DNA of 64,000 bases from the human T2T-CHM13v2.0 reference genome, Homo sapiens, in the NCBI RefSeq assembly GCF_009914755.1, contig NC_060930.1; one strand, given 5' to 3'. Below the pieces are notes generated by a model. It was not told the DNA's origin and ran no database searches. It saw only the letters and a list, made by a program, of their open reading frames with translations. The stretch's first letter is position 1, and every line of letters starts with the position of its first letter. This document shows positions 1 to 13,130 of the stretch, piece after piece. A program made the position numbers and the translations under genes.

Positions 1-59
1 AATGTATTTAATTTAAGGATATACTTTTGCTGGTGAATATTAATCATGTTCACCTAGAT

Positions 60-248
60 AAATGGTTATCAACTAGGAGTGATTTTGTTCCCCAGGGAGC
101 ATTTGACAATGTCTGGAAATATTTTTGGTCACCACAACTAGGAAGTGGTATGACTGTCATCTAAGTGAGTGCAGGTTAGTGAACATGCTACAATGCACAG
201 GACAGACCCTACAAAACATGTCAACAGTGCCAAGCTTGAAAAGCTCTG
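60..248 (+). mobile_element. MER20 (hAT-Charlie DNA transposon relic)
   Basis: gtgattttgttccccagggagcatttgacaatgtctggaaatatttttgg...ctacaatgcacaggacag...tgtcaacagtgccaagcttgaaaagctctg follows the MER20 consensus end to end. Confidence 0.8.
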
Positions 249-806
249 AGTGAGACAAACTGCTGCAAATAAATATCAAGTTTGTACTATCAAGTTTTGG
301 GGTACCCCAAGAAGTAGCAATGGTTATGGATTCCCTACTCATTTCTTCTGCTATAACCTTAGGAGTCTTCGCAGACTGCTGTCAATGTGAGGGCTGGGTC
401 TGCTCCATGTGCTTTCCTTTGTTGGTTTCTTTCATACCATGAACTGCTCAGATCAATCCCTGGAGAGGGAGACCAAACTCAAGTTGGCCTTCAAAATTCC
501 ATTCCCAGTTATTTTCTGAGAAGCATCTCTAAAATCATGCTGTAGGAAGATGAAGAAAGATATGTTCTCTCTCCTTAGACTCTACCCATCACCACTCAAC
601 CAAAGACTTTCATGTTGTATGAAATTTCTTGTTTATTTTTTAGAAAAAAACGAAGCAAGAAACAATTATTTTTTACTTAATAATAAATAAAACTTATTTC
701 AGAAAATAAGTTATGTGCTAGCTGGCAATATTCTTCATTCAAGTGTGAAATTGGATTAGGTCTACATGAAGAAGCATAGATAATCGAAAACAGTATCGAC
801 AGAGTT

Positions 807-1249
807 TGTAATGGGTTGAATTTGTGGCCCATCAAAATGTATATATCTACCTGGAACCAGAAAATGTAATCTTGTTTGGCAAAAGGACCTTGCAGATGTA
901 ATTAACATAGAACCTTGAGACGAGATCATCCTCCATGAGAGTAGGCCCTAAGTCCAATAAGTATCCTTTGAAGAGGAAAGAGAAGGGGAAAGGATATATG
1001 AGGAAGGGTGATGTGAAGATGAAGGCAGAGATTAGAGTTATTTAGCCCAAAGTCAAGGAATGCTTTGGAGACACCAATAGCTGGAAAAGGCAAGGAAGGA
1101 TTCTCCTCTACATTCCTTTGGAGAAAGTGTGGCCATGCCAACACTTCAAGTTCAGACTTCTAGTCTCCACATTGTGAGAAAACAAATTTGTTGCTTTTAA
1201 GTAACTCAGTTATGGTAATTTGTTACAGTAGCCCTCAGATACTAATACA
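807..1249 (+). mobile_element. MLT1 (MLT1B/C-like) MaLR solo LTR
   Basis: Starts tgtaatgggttgaat and ends ggtaatttgttacagtagccctcagatactaataca. 5-bp TSD gagtt/gagtc. Confidence 0.85.
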
Positions 1250-2514
1250 GAGTCAAAGACCTGAGAGATATAAGGTGGCACGACAAGAGTTTCCTCTATG
1301 TCCAGGAAGCCCTGAAGGGAGAGGAGTAATATGTCTGATAATTCCAGGTCATTTGAGAGATTGACTATAAAGGCAGAAATGAGTGTCAAAATGTGCCAGA
1401 TGTCTGCTGTGAAGGGTAGCAATCCATGACTGGAAGCCAGTTCGTGAACAGAGTAGCCAATGGACTCAGTGTCTGAAAGGGCCTGATTTCAACATTAAAT
1501 GAAGCTAAAGAGTTCCCAAGTGGTGGGCAAGCCTTGGCAGTAGTGATGCCCTCTGTTTGGTGGTGGGCATTACTGTAAATCTGAGAATCAGTGCCTTGGA
1601 TGCAGGAACCTAGTCACGAGCCAGAGTGAGGACATATAGAAGAGTGTAAGGGCATCTGAGTGAGCCAGACTGCAGGTCAAGGGAAGCTTTTGTTCTTGGA
1701 GAATTATTTGGGTCCCCTAAAGTACAGCATCCACTAGACTAATTGGAAGGCAATGTAGCTCATGCATGCATGGCTTCTATGGGATTATGCCAAAACTTCT
1801 GCCTCTGACCACGTTTTTCTGTATGTTTTAAGATTGAATGTGTTACAATGACAGCTAATAGGAGATGGAAAAAGAAAAGGAGGGACATTAAAAATAAAAA
1901 GATTGTATGTTAAAAATACAGAGTAAGAGGATAAAACAATTACAGAACTATACCAATAACAATAGTAAATATATTTGACTTGTTTCAGGTCTAGAGCAAT
2001 ACCTGACTCATAGTAGGCACTCCATAAATTATTACTGAGTTGATGAGTAAATTTATGTACGAATGAACAAGTACTTTGAGGGAGAACAGAAAAAATAAAA
2101 ATTGTATTCAGTTATTTAATCAACAAATTCTATATTGAAGCCATAGTGCCAATAATTACAACTATCATTTCTTTCTTAAAATACATTAGTATCCAATATA
2201 AATTTTATGCCTTCCAAGGTTCTTATCTTTCTACCTTAAGAATTAAATCACATTTGACTATATATGAAAATAAACTATTTGAGGCTAAAATACCTGGCAT
2301 TAAATATTTAGGTACATTAAATAAACTACAGCATGTAATTAAAAGGGGTTAATATGGAGAATAATTTATTTCTGTCTTCTGGAAACATATGTATTGATGT
2401 GTCAGTTATTCTTTCTAAGACTTTCATGTTGACATTGCAGGTCATTGCTTCAAAGCAATGTTCTTCAAATATCTGATTTTATTTTAAAAGCAAAAGCACT
2501 CACAATCACTTCGA

Positions 2515-3320
2515 AAGAAGATCTGGCAGTTTCTCATAAAGTTAAACGTAAACCTACCCTATGCAATTTCACTGTTGGGAATTCACCCAAGAAAAATGAA
2601 AATACATGTTCCCCAAAAGACTTTTCCAGAAATGTCATAGCATCTTTTTTTAATTGTAGCAAAATACAGGATACTGGAAGTAGTCAAGGTGTCCATCATT
2701 AGGAATGGGAAATATACAATGAAATATTACTCAGAAATACAAAGTAATGAACTACTGGTACACTAAAAAAATGGATGAATCTCAAAAACACGCTGCAAGA
2801 CTTGCATAGTAGTACATACACACTATATAGTAGTTTCATTTATATGAAGTTCAAGAACAAGTTAAACTAACATAGAAAATAATAGCAAACAGTGGATGCT
2901 TCTGGAATTTCTGGGGAAGGGATTCATTATGAACAAGCACAAGAAAAGTTTCTGGAATCATGTTTTAATATCTAATAGGGATTTGTATTAAGTTCATGCA
3001 TTTGTTGAAATTCATCTAATGGTACATCAAAGAATTGAATATTTCATTCTTGTGAATTTTACCTCAAAGAAACAATTTGCAAGCAAATATTGAGCTCCAT
3101 AATATGCACACTACAGTGTTTAGGAGTGTAGTGGACTGAAACTTGCAGCTTTGAAATGTATCAAAAAATGCACTGATGGATTGATAGAGGGATGGGTAGA
3201 TATGTAATGAAATATTTCTGGTAAATTGTTAACAATAGAATTTAAGTGGTGGTAATACAGTTATAAGGATTCTTTCAGCTCTTCTGTAGTTTGAAATTGT
3301 CATAAAGTGTAGAGAAAAAA
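2515..3320 (+). mobile_element. Old L1 (L1MD/L1ME-type) ORF2 end and 3' UTR
   Basis: ctggcagtttctcataaagttaaac, atggatgaatctcaaaaac, tttcatttatatgaagttcaagaac are typical mammalian-L1 3' motifs. Confidence 0.7.
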
Positions 3321-4030
3321 TTGAAAGCCCTTTTCATAGCTCATGCTTCCAATTTCTAATTAAGATTCACAGAGGGATTGCTTAAAATCATTTAAAAATA
3401 TTGTATTTCCATAGAAACCAAAAAAATTTGCATAATTCTATTTCTTTACAAACTTTTATTCAATTTAGTTTGTCTACTTATTAAGATCAGTCGTATTTGT
3501 ACTATTCCTTTGTGTTTTCCAGTTTTTAAATTATAATTGGGTGATGCACTTTGATCTTTATAATCATGGTTAATTTTATACATGCACACAACATTACAAT
3601 TTCTTGGTATAGTTGATTCATTAGCCTGACGATAATGACCTGATGGATTTCAATTTGAGCACTTTCTTGAGGCCACTGAAGGCAGTTTATGTAGAAGCAG
3701 AATGAAATGGTAAATTTGCAGCTAGTTGAAGTTTTATGCTTTAAAATTTCACTAACCAGAACACATAATCTAGATTTGCAAATTAATTCTTCTTTTTTAT
3801 AATGAAAGTAATTATGTGCAGACATACAGTTTTGTTCAGGATATTTTCTGAAGTAATTTAGCGTTGACCCAATCTCTAAATAAACCAGGTGCCAGGATAT
3901 CCTGCTATTTCTTAGGATGATTTACAGGCACCCCTTGATGGTGAAACGCTGAAGATCACCATGTCAAAATGCCATGTTGTCATCAACACTTTGTGGTATT
4001 TGTGAAAGGCTTTCAAAGGGAATAGGCATT

Positions 4031-4033
<3 letters not shown>

Positions 4034-4098
<65 letters not shown>
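4034..4098. repeat. Compound microsatellite (CA)n(TA)n(GA)n
   Basis: About 17 AC units, 6 TA units and 9 GA units, contiguous. Confidence 0.95.
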
Positions 4099-5015
4099 AA
4101 GAAATTCACTGTTAGTCAATACAGACCTGCAAGTGGCCTTACCAGTTGCTTACTCAAAGTATACTCTATTTTTTAGAGAAAGTATCTCATTAGTAGGCAT
4201 TTTACTTGTTATTTGTTCAGAAATTTTAGTGAATGCATCAGGTTTTTAATTTGAAGGAGTAATTGGTATATGCATCTTCCCCTGCCCAAAATAATCTACC
4301 TGGTAAGACTCACTTTTAAAAAGGAACACACATGAAAAATAATTTGATTAAGAATTTATCTTCTTGAAAGAAACTAAAAATTATAAAAATAAGTTTATTC
4401 TATTTTATATTTAATGTGTAGATTTTATAAATTAGAACACTATACTAGTTATTGGTATAATTCTTCTTAAAATTAGTCTAATAGCACAATATAGCAGTAT
4501 TTATACCACATTTGACTCTTCACGTTTTGTTCCAGAGACATTTTTGTGAAAAAATATTAGAGGACTTCACTGGTTTTCCCAAGGGCCTCTCTTATTATTT
4601 TGTTATTCAAATAACTTTTTGAAACATCTTTTCTGTCATACAACTTATTTTTGATTCTCTAATTTCAACTCATTGTTATGTGGTTTAAAGTTGCTAGATC
4701 AGTGGCTTTTAAAGTAATGATTGGCTTTATGAAATTCTGTGACTTTTGTCATATTTGCAACCTGAGAATTGATTTTCTTGTCATGAATTTTATGATATGT
4801 GAAAATCATAAAGATTACAACATCGAAAGATGGGACCTGGATTGATCATGATAGCCATATGCTAAGCAAGGAAGAATGAGAGGGCTGTTGTGTTACTGAT
4901 GCATGTTTCACACCGTGACAGGCTTAACCGTCTTACACTATATTGATTGTGGCAACTCAGATTATAGAGCATTTGAACAATGAAGACTTAGAAGAAAGAT
5001 TTTTTGATATGTATT

Positions 5016-5669
5016 TGCTATAGTTTGAATGTTTCCTCCAAAAAACATGTTAAATTTTTTTAAGTTCAGGGGTATATGTATAGGTTTGTTACATACATAT
5101 ATTTGCGTCATGGGAGTTTGTTGTACAGATTATTTCATCACCCAGGTATTAAGCCTAATACCCATTAGTTATTTTTCCTGATCCTCTCCTTCCTCCCACC
5201 TTCCACCCCGTAATAGGCCCCAGTGCGTGTTGTTCTCCTCTATGTGTCCATGTGTCCTCATCATTTAGCTCCCAATTATAAGTGATGACATGCAGTATTT
5301 GATTTTCTGTGTGTGTGTTAGTGATCATGTTGAAATTTAATTGCCAATGTATGGTACTGGACGATGGGGCCTTTAAGAGGGTGTTAGCCCTCATGAGTAG
5401 ATTAATGCTATTATCCTGGGAGTGGGTTAATTATTATGGGAGTGAGCTTCTGATAATTAACCCACTCCCAAGTTCGGTCCCCATTTTGTCTCTATCTTGT
5501 GTGCTGCTCTTCCACCATGGGATAACGTAACACAAAGGCCCTCAACAGACATGGTCCCTCAATCTTGGCCTTCCAAGGCTCCAGAACGAGGAGCCCAATA
5601 AATCTCTTTTCTTTATAAATTACCCAGTCTGCAGTATTCTGTTATAGCAGCAGAAAACAGACTAAGAGA
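5016..5669 (+). mobile_element. MST-family MaLR solo LTR, interrupted by an L1 at 5058-5325
   Basis: Start tgctatagtttgaatgt; end ctttataaattacccagtctgcagtattctgttatagcagcagaaaacagactaaga. Confidence 0.8.
5058..5325 (-). mobile_element. 5'-truncated L1 3' end (older L1PA-type)
   Basis: ggtttgttacat...tgtacagattatttcatcacccaggtattaagcctaatacccattagtt. TSD catgttaaattt (5046-5057) / catgttgaaattt (5326-5338). Confidence 0.85.
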
Positions 5670-5880
5670 GTAGTACTATTAAATATAAAGAACTTCACTG
5701 ATGATAGCTTGTTATAATAGGGAAAGTTTACATACTAGCTAATGCATTACCTCAGTCTTAATTATCTGAAGGATACTGCATGAAGTTTGGGGGAGTGAAA
5801 AAGATGTGAGAAGGTAAGGGAAGAAAATGGGCTCTTTTTACAAAATAGGGAGAATTCATCAAGGTTTTCTTCATATGTGA

Positions 5881-6181
<301 letters not shown>

Positions 6182-8447
6182 AGGTTTATGCCAACTTTCA
6201 GATATTGTTTATATAGCTGATGCAAGCATGTACAGATCTCAAAATTTTTCTGTCATTCTTCTGATCTAAATATATGTGAATAGTGGAGTGCTATGGGGTA
6301 AAGACCCATTATTAAAATAATTTATTCTCACCTAGCTTATCTTGTGATGTGAAGGATGGCGATTTCACTGCAGCATTATCGTTCATGTGTTCCACAAAAT
6401 CATCTCTGTGAGAATTCTGTGTCATTCCTGTGTGTGGGGATTATATAACCGGTATTTATAGTAGGAAGCTTTTCTGTCTGATTTCCTCCAATATTGGTTG
6501 TAATATTATGCAGCCTTTTAAAGCCATTTATGTATTTTTGGATTATCCTAAAGCCATTTGTAGAATATTAAATATGTATTTTATTACATTGTTACACAGC
6601 TAAAAGAGCACATTATACTTTAGAGGCAGTAAATATTAGTACATGAAATCAAACTGTCTTTAGTATCTCTTCTCTTATTAAAATATCAGACTTTTCTGGC
6701 TATTCTCTGGGAGGGTTAGCCACAGAAAAGAAACAAAATAACGGTATATTACAGTAAATTTACATGGCTATTCAAATAAAGGTTTAGAACCTAGATTACC
6801 TGAGGTAAATTTTAAGGCCAAAATTACAAAAATGTATAAAATGTAAATATTTTAGAAATCCAAAATGAATGATTATGGTGTGTGATAGTATTTTGGGTTA
6901 CAAGTATATTTATGCTTAGTTTCTCTTAATGAGCTATTTTAATAAAGTTTTGAATGTAAGTATATTATTAATTTAAGATATTATATTTGTGACCATAATT
7001 ATGAGGAAAAAAGCAAGGACAGTAGAAGTAACTGCAAATATTAAATCAAAACTGGAGAAAGATTCTGTTTCTATGTGCATATTCCACTGTAATTGCTCAT
7101 GTTAAACCTTCAATAAATGTTTTTGAATAAATAAAAGCATGACTAAATTGATTAATAGATACTAATGTTCTCTTGCAATGAAATGACTAGGCCTCTTCAG
7201 AGTTTAATTTTTTTCTACTATGTTATTTCTTCTTCATTTTACTATATATATTTTGCATTGACATTTCAGCATTAAGGGAATATTTTTACTATCTAAAAAT
7301 AATGAGCTAGTAAACCAAGCAAATACCAAGGAAATGAAATTGTGCTTAACAACTGCCATATCAATTTTCACTTTAAAAGCCACTCCATAAGGTGATATTT
7401 CTTAAATTTTTAAAATTATAAATCCAAGTGATAGATACAGTAGCTTGAGTAAATCTATCACTCTATAATACATATTTTTCCTAGTAATAATTATGCTATA
7501 TGAATAGCACAAGGTTAATATTTCAAAGAGAGCATAATTCATATGATATCATACTGGTCATTTCTTGAGACTTTCTCTCTTTTCAGTCTTATTAATTCCT
7601 CCTCTCATGGATCCTGAAAACTGATTAAGCTGAAATATTTTGTCATAGTTGCATCTAAACATGGACTCAGTTTCTCATATCATAACTGAATATACAATTC
7701 TGAGTTCTTTAGATACTGTATATTCATATATCTGCATAATGGCCATGCAATCTTAAATACCATTTATGCTTTCCCTCCATTTGATTATCTTCCAGCAGGC
7801 TTTCTGTTCTATTCTTGATTATATTCTTTCTGCAGTAACTTTTCAGGATCTCACTTCTACAAGGCTGTTTTTTAAATCAAATATTTGTCCTTATTAGTCC
7901 CCTCCCTCTGCTTTTAGAACAGCTCTTGTTCTTAAATTTGAAAATCTTTACTAGTTTCTCTTTCTGCCTTTAGCTGCTGCCCTTGTTCTTTCTTTTCTGC
8001 TTAACCACTCTCTCAGCTTATTTTCAAATCACCTCCTGACAGTCTGGTTGTGGCTCTGTTTTTTAATGGAAAGTCCAGTATCATTTCTATACTTTTATTT
8101 TTCTGGATCTTTGTATTTTACACAATGACGTGTCATGAGCCCTGAACCTCTCTCTCTTTGACTTCCTTTATGGTATTTCTACTCTAGTTTATTGCCTGCC
8201 TGTTTAATAACTCCTTAATCTTCTGTCTCTTTATTTGTCCTTTTCCGCATGTAACGCTAAATTTTGGTGTTCCCTATGTGTAGGTTACAACTTACTTTCT
8301 ACATATCATAAACTTTAAGAATTTGATTAATGCTGCTCTGATTTATTTTCTTTCTTCCTTTCTGAATAAGCTAATTTATTTTTAAAAGACAGCTTCATAT
8401 CACTATGGAAAATCGATCATTAGCATTTTCCAAAAATGGATGGTAGC

Positions 8448-8853
8448 TATATTAGTTTGCTAGGGGCTGCCATAGCGAGTTATGTTACATAGACTGAGTA
8501 GCTTAAAAAATATTTATTTTCTCACAGTTTTGGAGGCTAGAAGTCCAAGATCAAGGTGTTGGCAGCCCTGGTTCTTTCTGAAGGCTCTCTCCTTGGCTTC
8601 CAGACAGCTGCCTTCTCTCTGTGTCCTCTCATGGTTTTCTCTGTGAGCCTGTATCCGTGGTGTCTCCTTTTGTGTCCAAATTCTCCTTTTTATAAGGACT
8701 ATAGTCAGATTGAATTAAGGCCCATACTAATAGCATCATTTTGACTTCATCACCTCTTTAATGCCCTATCTCCAAATATAGTCACATTCTGAAGTACTGG
8801 GATTGAGTATTTCTACACATAGATTGTGAGAGGAAACGACTCAAACCACAACA
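8448..8853 (-). mobile_element. MLT1A/B-like MaLR solo LTR
   Basis: tattagtttgctaggggctgccat...ctcacagttttggaggctagaagtccaagatcaaggtgttggcag...ccctatctccaaatatagtcacattctg. Confidence 0.85.
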
Positions 8854-8904
8854 GAAACTTTAAAAATAATGGCAATGATTAAATTCAAGATTGATATTTC
8901 ATAT

Positions 8905-9446
8905 TCTCAATGGCGTCAATTTGACTAGATTAAGAAATACCTAGAGAGCTGGTAAAGTGTTATTTCTGGGTGTGTCTGTGAGGGTGTTACAGAGGAGATT
9001 GGTGTGTGAATCAGTAGACTGGGTGGGGAAAATGTACCGTCAGTGTGGCTAGGCAACATCCAACTGGCTGAGGGCCTGCGTATAACAAAAAAGCAGAAGA
9101 AGGGTGAATTCTCTCTCCCTACTGGAGCTGATACACCCTTCTTTGCCTGCCCTTGGACATCAGAACTTCAAGGCTCTCTAGCCTTTGGACTCTGAGCCTT
9201 GCACCAATGGCCTTCCAGGTTTTCAGGCCTTCAACCAATGACTGAGAGTTACACCATCAACTTCCCTGGTTCTGAGGCTTTTGGACTTGGATTTGAACTG
9301 AGTGTCTTGGGGTCGTGAATGGCCTGTTATGAAACTTCTCAGCCTCCATAAGTGCATGAACCCATGCCTCTAATTAATCTCCTCTAATCTATCTATCCGT
9401 CTATCTTCCATTGGTCATGTCTTTCTGGAGAACCCTGCCTAATGAC
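8905..9446 (+). mobile_element. MLT2 (ERVL) solo LTR
   Basis: gtcaatttgactagattaag...ctggtaaagtgttatttctgggtgtgtctgtgagggtgtt...ctggagaaccctgcctaat. Confidence 0.85.
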
Positions 9447-9758
9447 ATTACTCCAAGATTCTAAATCTGAGATCTGCATTTATTTTTAATTGGCAAATGT
9501 AGACAATTTAGAGATACAACAACAAATGGAGACTTTAGGTAATCTGAAGGATCAAAAGACAGTTGATAGAAAAATAACTTTTTATTGGGTATTAAAATGT
9601 CAATAATATTGGTTCAAGCAGTGCTTAAAATCATTTCTCATACCATCAATGGGTAAAATTAAATTTGCTCTCAGATTTTGACGTGTCAGTCACTCAATCT
9701 CATGGAGTCTGTTTTCACCCTTATGTGAATGATATCTACCCTCTCTTTTCCTTGGCTG

Positions 9759-9960
9759 AAATTTTGCTAAATTAATCTAATTCATATATATATATTTTTT
9801 TTTTCATATATTAATCTAATTTAATTCATTTATATGCATATATATGAATTAAATTTAGCAAAATTTAATTTTGCTAAAATTTAGCAAAATTTAATTCATA
9901 CATAATTATATATGAATTAATAGATTAATATTTAAATTATATATGTTTATATATATAAAA
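9759..9960. repeat. AT-rich region with nested inverted repeats
   Basis: TTTTGCTAAA and its complement TTTAGCAAAA occur four times in alternating orientation. Confidence 0.8.
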
Positions 9961-10056
9961 TGTATCCATAGATGTTTACAGCCTTTTGTAATTTATAATA
10001 TTTATAATATAAAACAGACATGATACTGTTTAACCTTCTCAAAAAGAATATAGTTT

Positions 10057-10362
<306 letters not shown>

Positions 10363-10813
10363 TAAAAAATATAGCTTAAGAGAAGTAAAATATTGAGTTA
10401 AATTGTCACTGTGTAATTTCTAATAATCTCATCTAGAGAGAAAATCTGGAAGTATATAATTACAAAAGTAGGACTACTCAAATAATTTACCGATTAGGTC
10501 AGATTTTTAAAAAGTCATGAATAAAAGATAGATGACAAGCTATATAATTAACATAAATACAAATAAATTAATACAAAGAAAACAATAAGTCCCAAAAGGC
10601 AAAACACCAAGATAAATGACAAAATGCTAATTTTATAATGGGAAGAATTTAAATCTGATTATATATAAAATACATATATTAAAAATACACTTGTATTTTG
10701 GTACATATATATACACTCATACATATATGATTTGGCTTCCACACCAAATCTAGCTCACAACCTGCTCGTGTACAATTTGTGAGATGGAGTACTTTTTTTT
10801 TTTTTAACACCTT

Positions 10814-11456
10814 TATTATTTAAAAGTCAAAAACAGATGCTGGCGAGGTTGTAGAGAAAAAGGAACACTTATACACTGTTGGTGGGAGTGTAAATTAGTT
10901 CAAGCATTGTGGAAGACAGTGTGACTATTTTTCAAAGACCTAAAGACAGAAATACCATTCAACCCAGCAATCCATTACTGGGTATATACCCAAAAGAATA
11001 TAAATGATTCTATTATAAAGACTCATGCATGCGTATGTTCATTGCAACACTATTCACAATAGCAAAGACATAGAATCAACCTAAATGCCCATGAGTGATG
11101 GACTGGATAAAGAAAATTTGGTACCTAGACATCATGAAATACTATGTAGCCATAAAAAAGAATGAGATCATGTCCTTTGCAGGAACATGGGTGGAGCTGG
11201 AGGTCATTATCTCTAGCAAACTAACACAGGAACAGAAAACCAAATATTCCATGTTTTCCCTTATAAGTGGGGATACATAGAGGGGAAAAACACACACTGG
11301 GGCCTATTGGAGGGTGCAGAGTGGGAAGAGGGAGAGGATCAGGAAAACTAACTAATGGGTATTAGCCTTAATACCTGTACAACAAACCCTCATGACGCAA
11401 GTTTACCTATGTAACAAACCTGCACATGTACCCCTGAACTTAAAAGTTAAAAAAAA
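10814..11456 (+). mobile_element. 5'-truncated L1PA (older primate subfamily), ORF2 C-terminus + 3' UTR
   Basis: ORF 11095-11280 (DWIKKIWY...IKKNEIMSFAGTWVELEVII.SKLTQEQKTK) is the ORF2p C-terminus. Ends aacctgcacatgtacccctgaacttaaaagttaaaa. Confidence 0.92.
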
Positions 11457-13062
11457 TTTCAACATAAGTTTTGAAGGGGACATTAAAACCATAGCAAATA
11501 CATATAAAAAAACCTTTCTAAATCTTCATTGTTCAAGTGCTCTATAATCTGAGTCATGAGCTCAACTGAAAAAGTCTCTGCTTTAGTGATAGATGAAAAT
11601 GTATTTACTAGCAAAGCCTCTGAGAAGCCCCTGAAAATGCATAGTATTTCAAAACACAATGAATAGTTTGAGTTGGAACCGATCAGAATAGAAAATGCAT
11701 CAGCATGATATGTATAAGACTGTATAAGTGTTATATTTGTCAATTAATGTAAAAATTATTACATTTATTAAATGTGATGAAAACCTCTATATATACAAAA
11801 TGAATAAACTTGCATGAGGGTCACAATTCCGTTAAAGTTTCTGGCTTTGAATTAAATGTAGATAACAGTCTAATCCAGAGACTTATGAAGCATTAATGTG
11901 ACATGTTAATGCCTTAAAATATATTAACAGTGAAACATTAGAGGGCATTTTAGAAGACAGCATTTCAAATGATCTAAATGTAAATTAACCTGATATATGT
12001 GGATTACACCTTTTTTATAATGCGAATGGGTTTAAAATGAAGGAAACATTGCTTTACAATAGTGAACAATTCTATACACATAACGGTTTGGGCTTTCAAA
12101 CATATGTTCAAACATCTGAACAATGGTATGGTTGATTTCACAAACTCTAATTGTGTCCAGAGTCATACATTCATCATTTTGAGCAATTCTCAATGTTGGC
12201 TATTTTCAAGTGATTACACAGAAATCTTTTTGGATAGTCATACATAATGCCTTTTTATCACCTCTACAAAAAGTGAATTATAAATCAACTTAATGTGAAA
12301 ATGTGTACAGATCTTAAGTTTTAACCTAGAAAGGGAACTGAAATGCAATATAAACTCCTTGTGTAAGAAGAAAAATTCACCTTGGCTTTTGCCTTCTTTT
12401 TCCTTTTGTTTTATTCTTCTCGTTGTACAAAATGTTAACTGTGTACAGGTTCTTTCCAGAACTCAGCTTTGGCACTGCACATGCTAATTTGAATATGAGA
12501 ACTAATCTTAAGTGGCTCTTTTGCATTTTCTGCCAATATATGACAGATGTGCTGCACTTTGGAATCCACAACAGATATGACTTTTAGATTCTTCCTTAAA
12601 CCAGGTGCTAAAAATGTGTGAAAAAGCAAAAGACATTGTTACTGAAAAGTTTAAGCCATAGAACATTTCATTAATGGTTTTGTGGATTAATTAAAGTGCA
12701 TCTTGTTATAGTCATTTTCCATCTTTCTTTTATAGCAGTAGGAAGAAATATATGCAATTATTCATGACAATGCACATTCCACAGGATATACTTCCACATA
12801 TCCCAGAGTATGTACACACTAAATACATATTAATGTCTACACAGATTAAAGATGTATTTAAGTAAATAAAATACCATAGGAAGTCATAATCATAGAAATA
12901 TAAAAAGGTGTGACTAAATATTATATATAATAAAGGCCCTCTAAACCTAATTGTCAATGAGTATATGTGGCTAGAACATATTTATGGAATTCACATTTAT
13001 GTTATGGAATTTATTATTTGATTAATGGAAGGGAATTACAACAAGGTTAACTAGTAAGTCCT

Positions 13063-13130
13063 TGTAATGTGCCATTTGATATGCATATAATATGTGTGTA
13101 ATGTTCCATTTGATATGTATGTAATATATA
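13063..13130. repeat. 34-bp tandem duplication
   Basis: tgtaatgtgccatttgatatgcatataatatgtg followed by tgtaatgttccatttgatatgtatgtaatatata. Confidence 0.85.

Noticed and set aside
7427-7462. 10-bp inverted repeat agtgatagat...atctatcact
   Set aside because: Expected by chance in 64 kb of AT-rich DNA.
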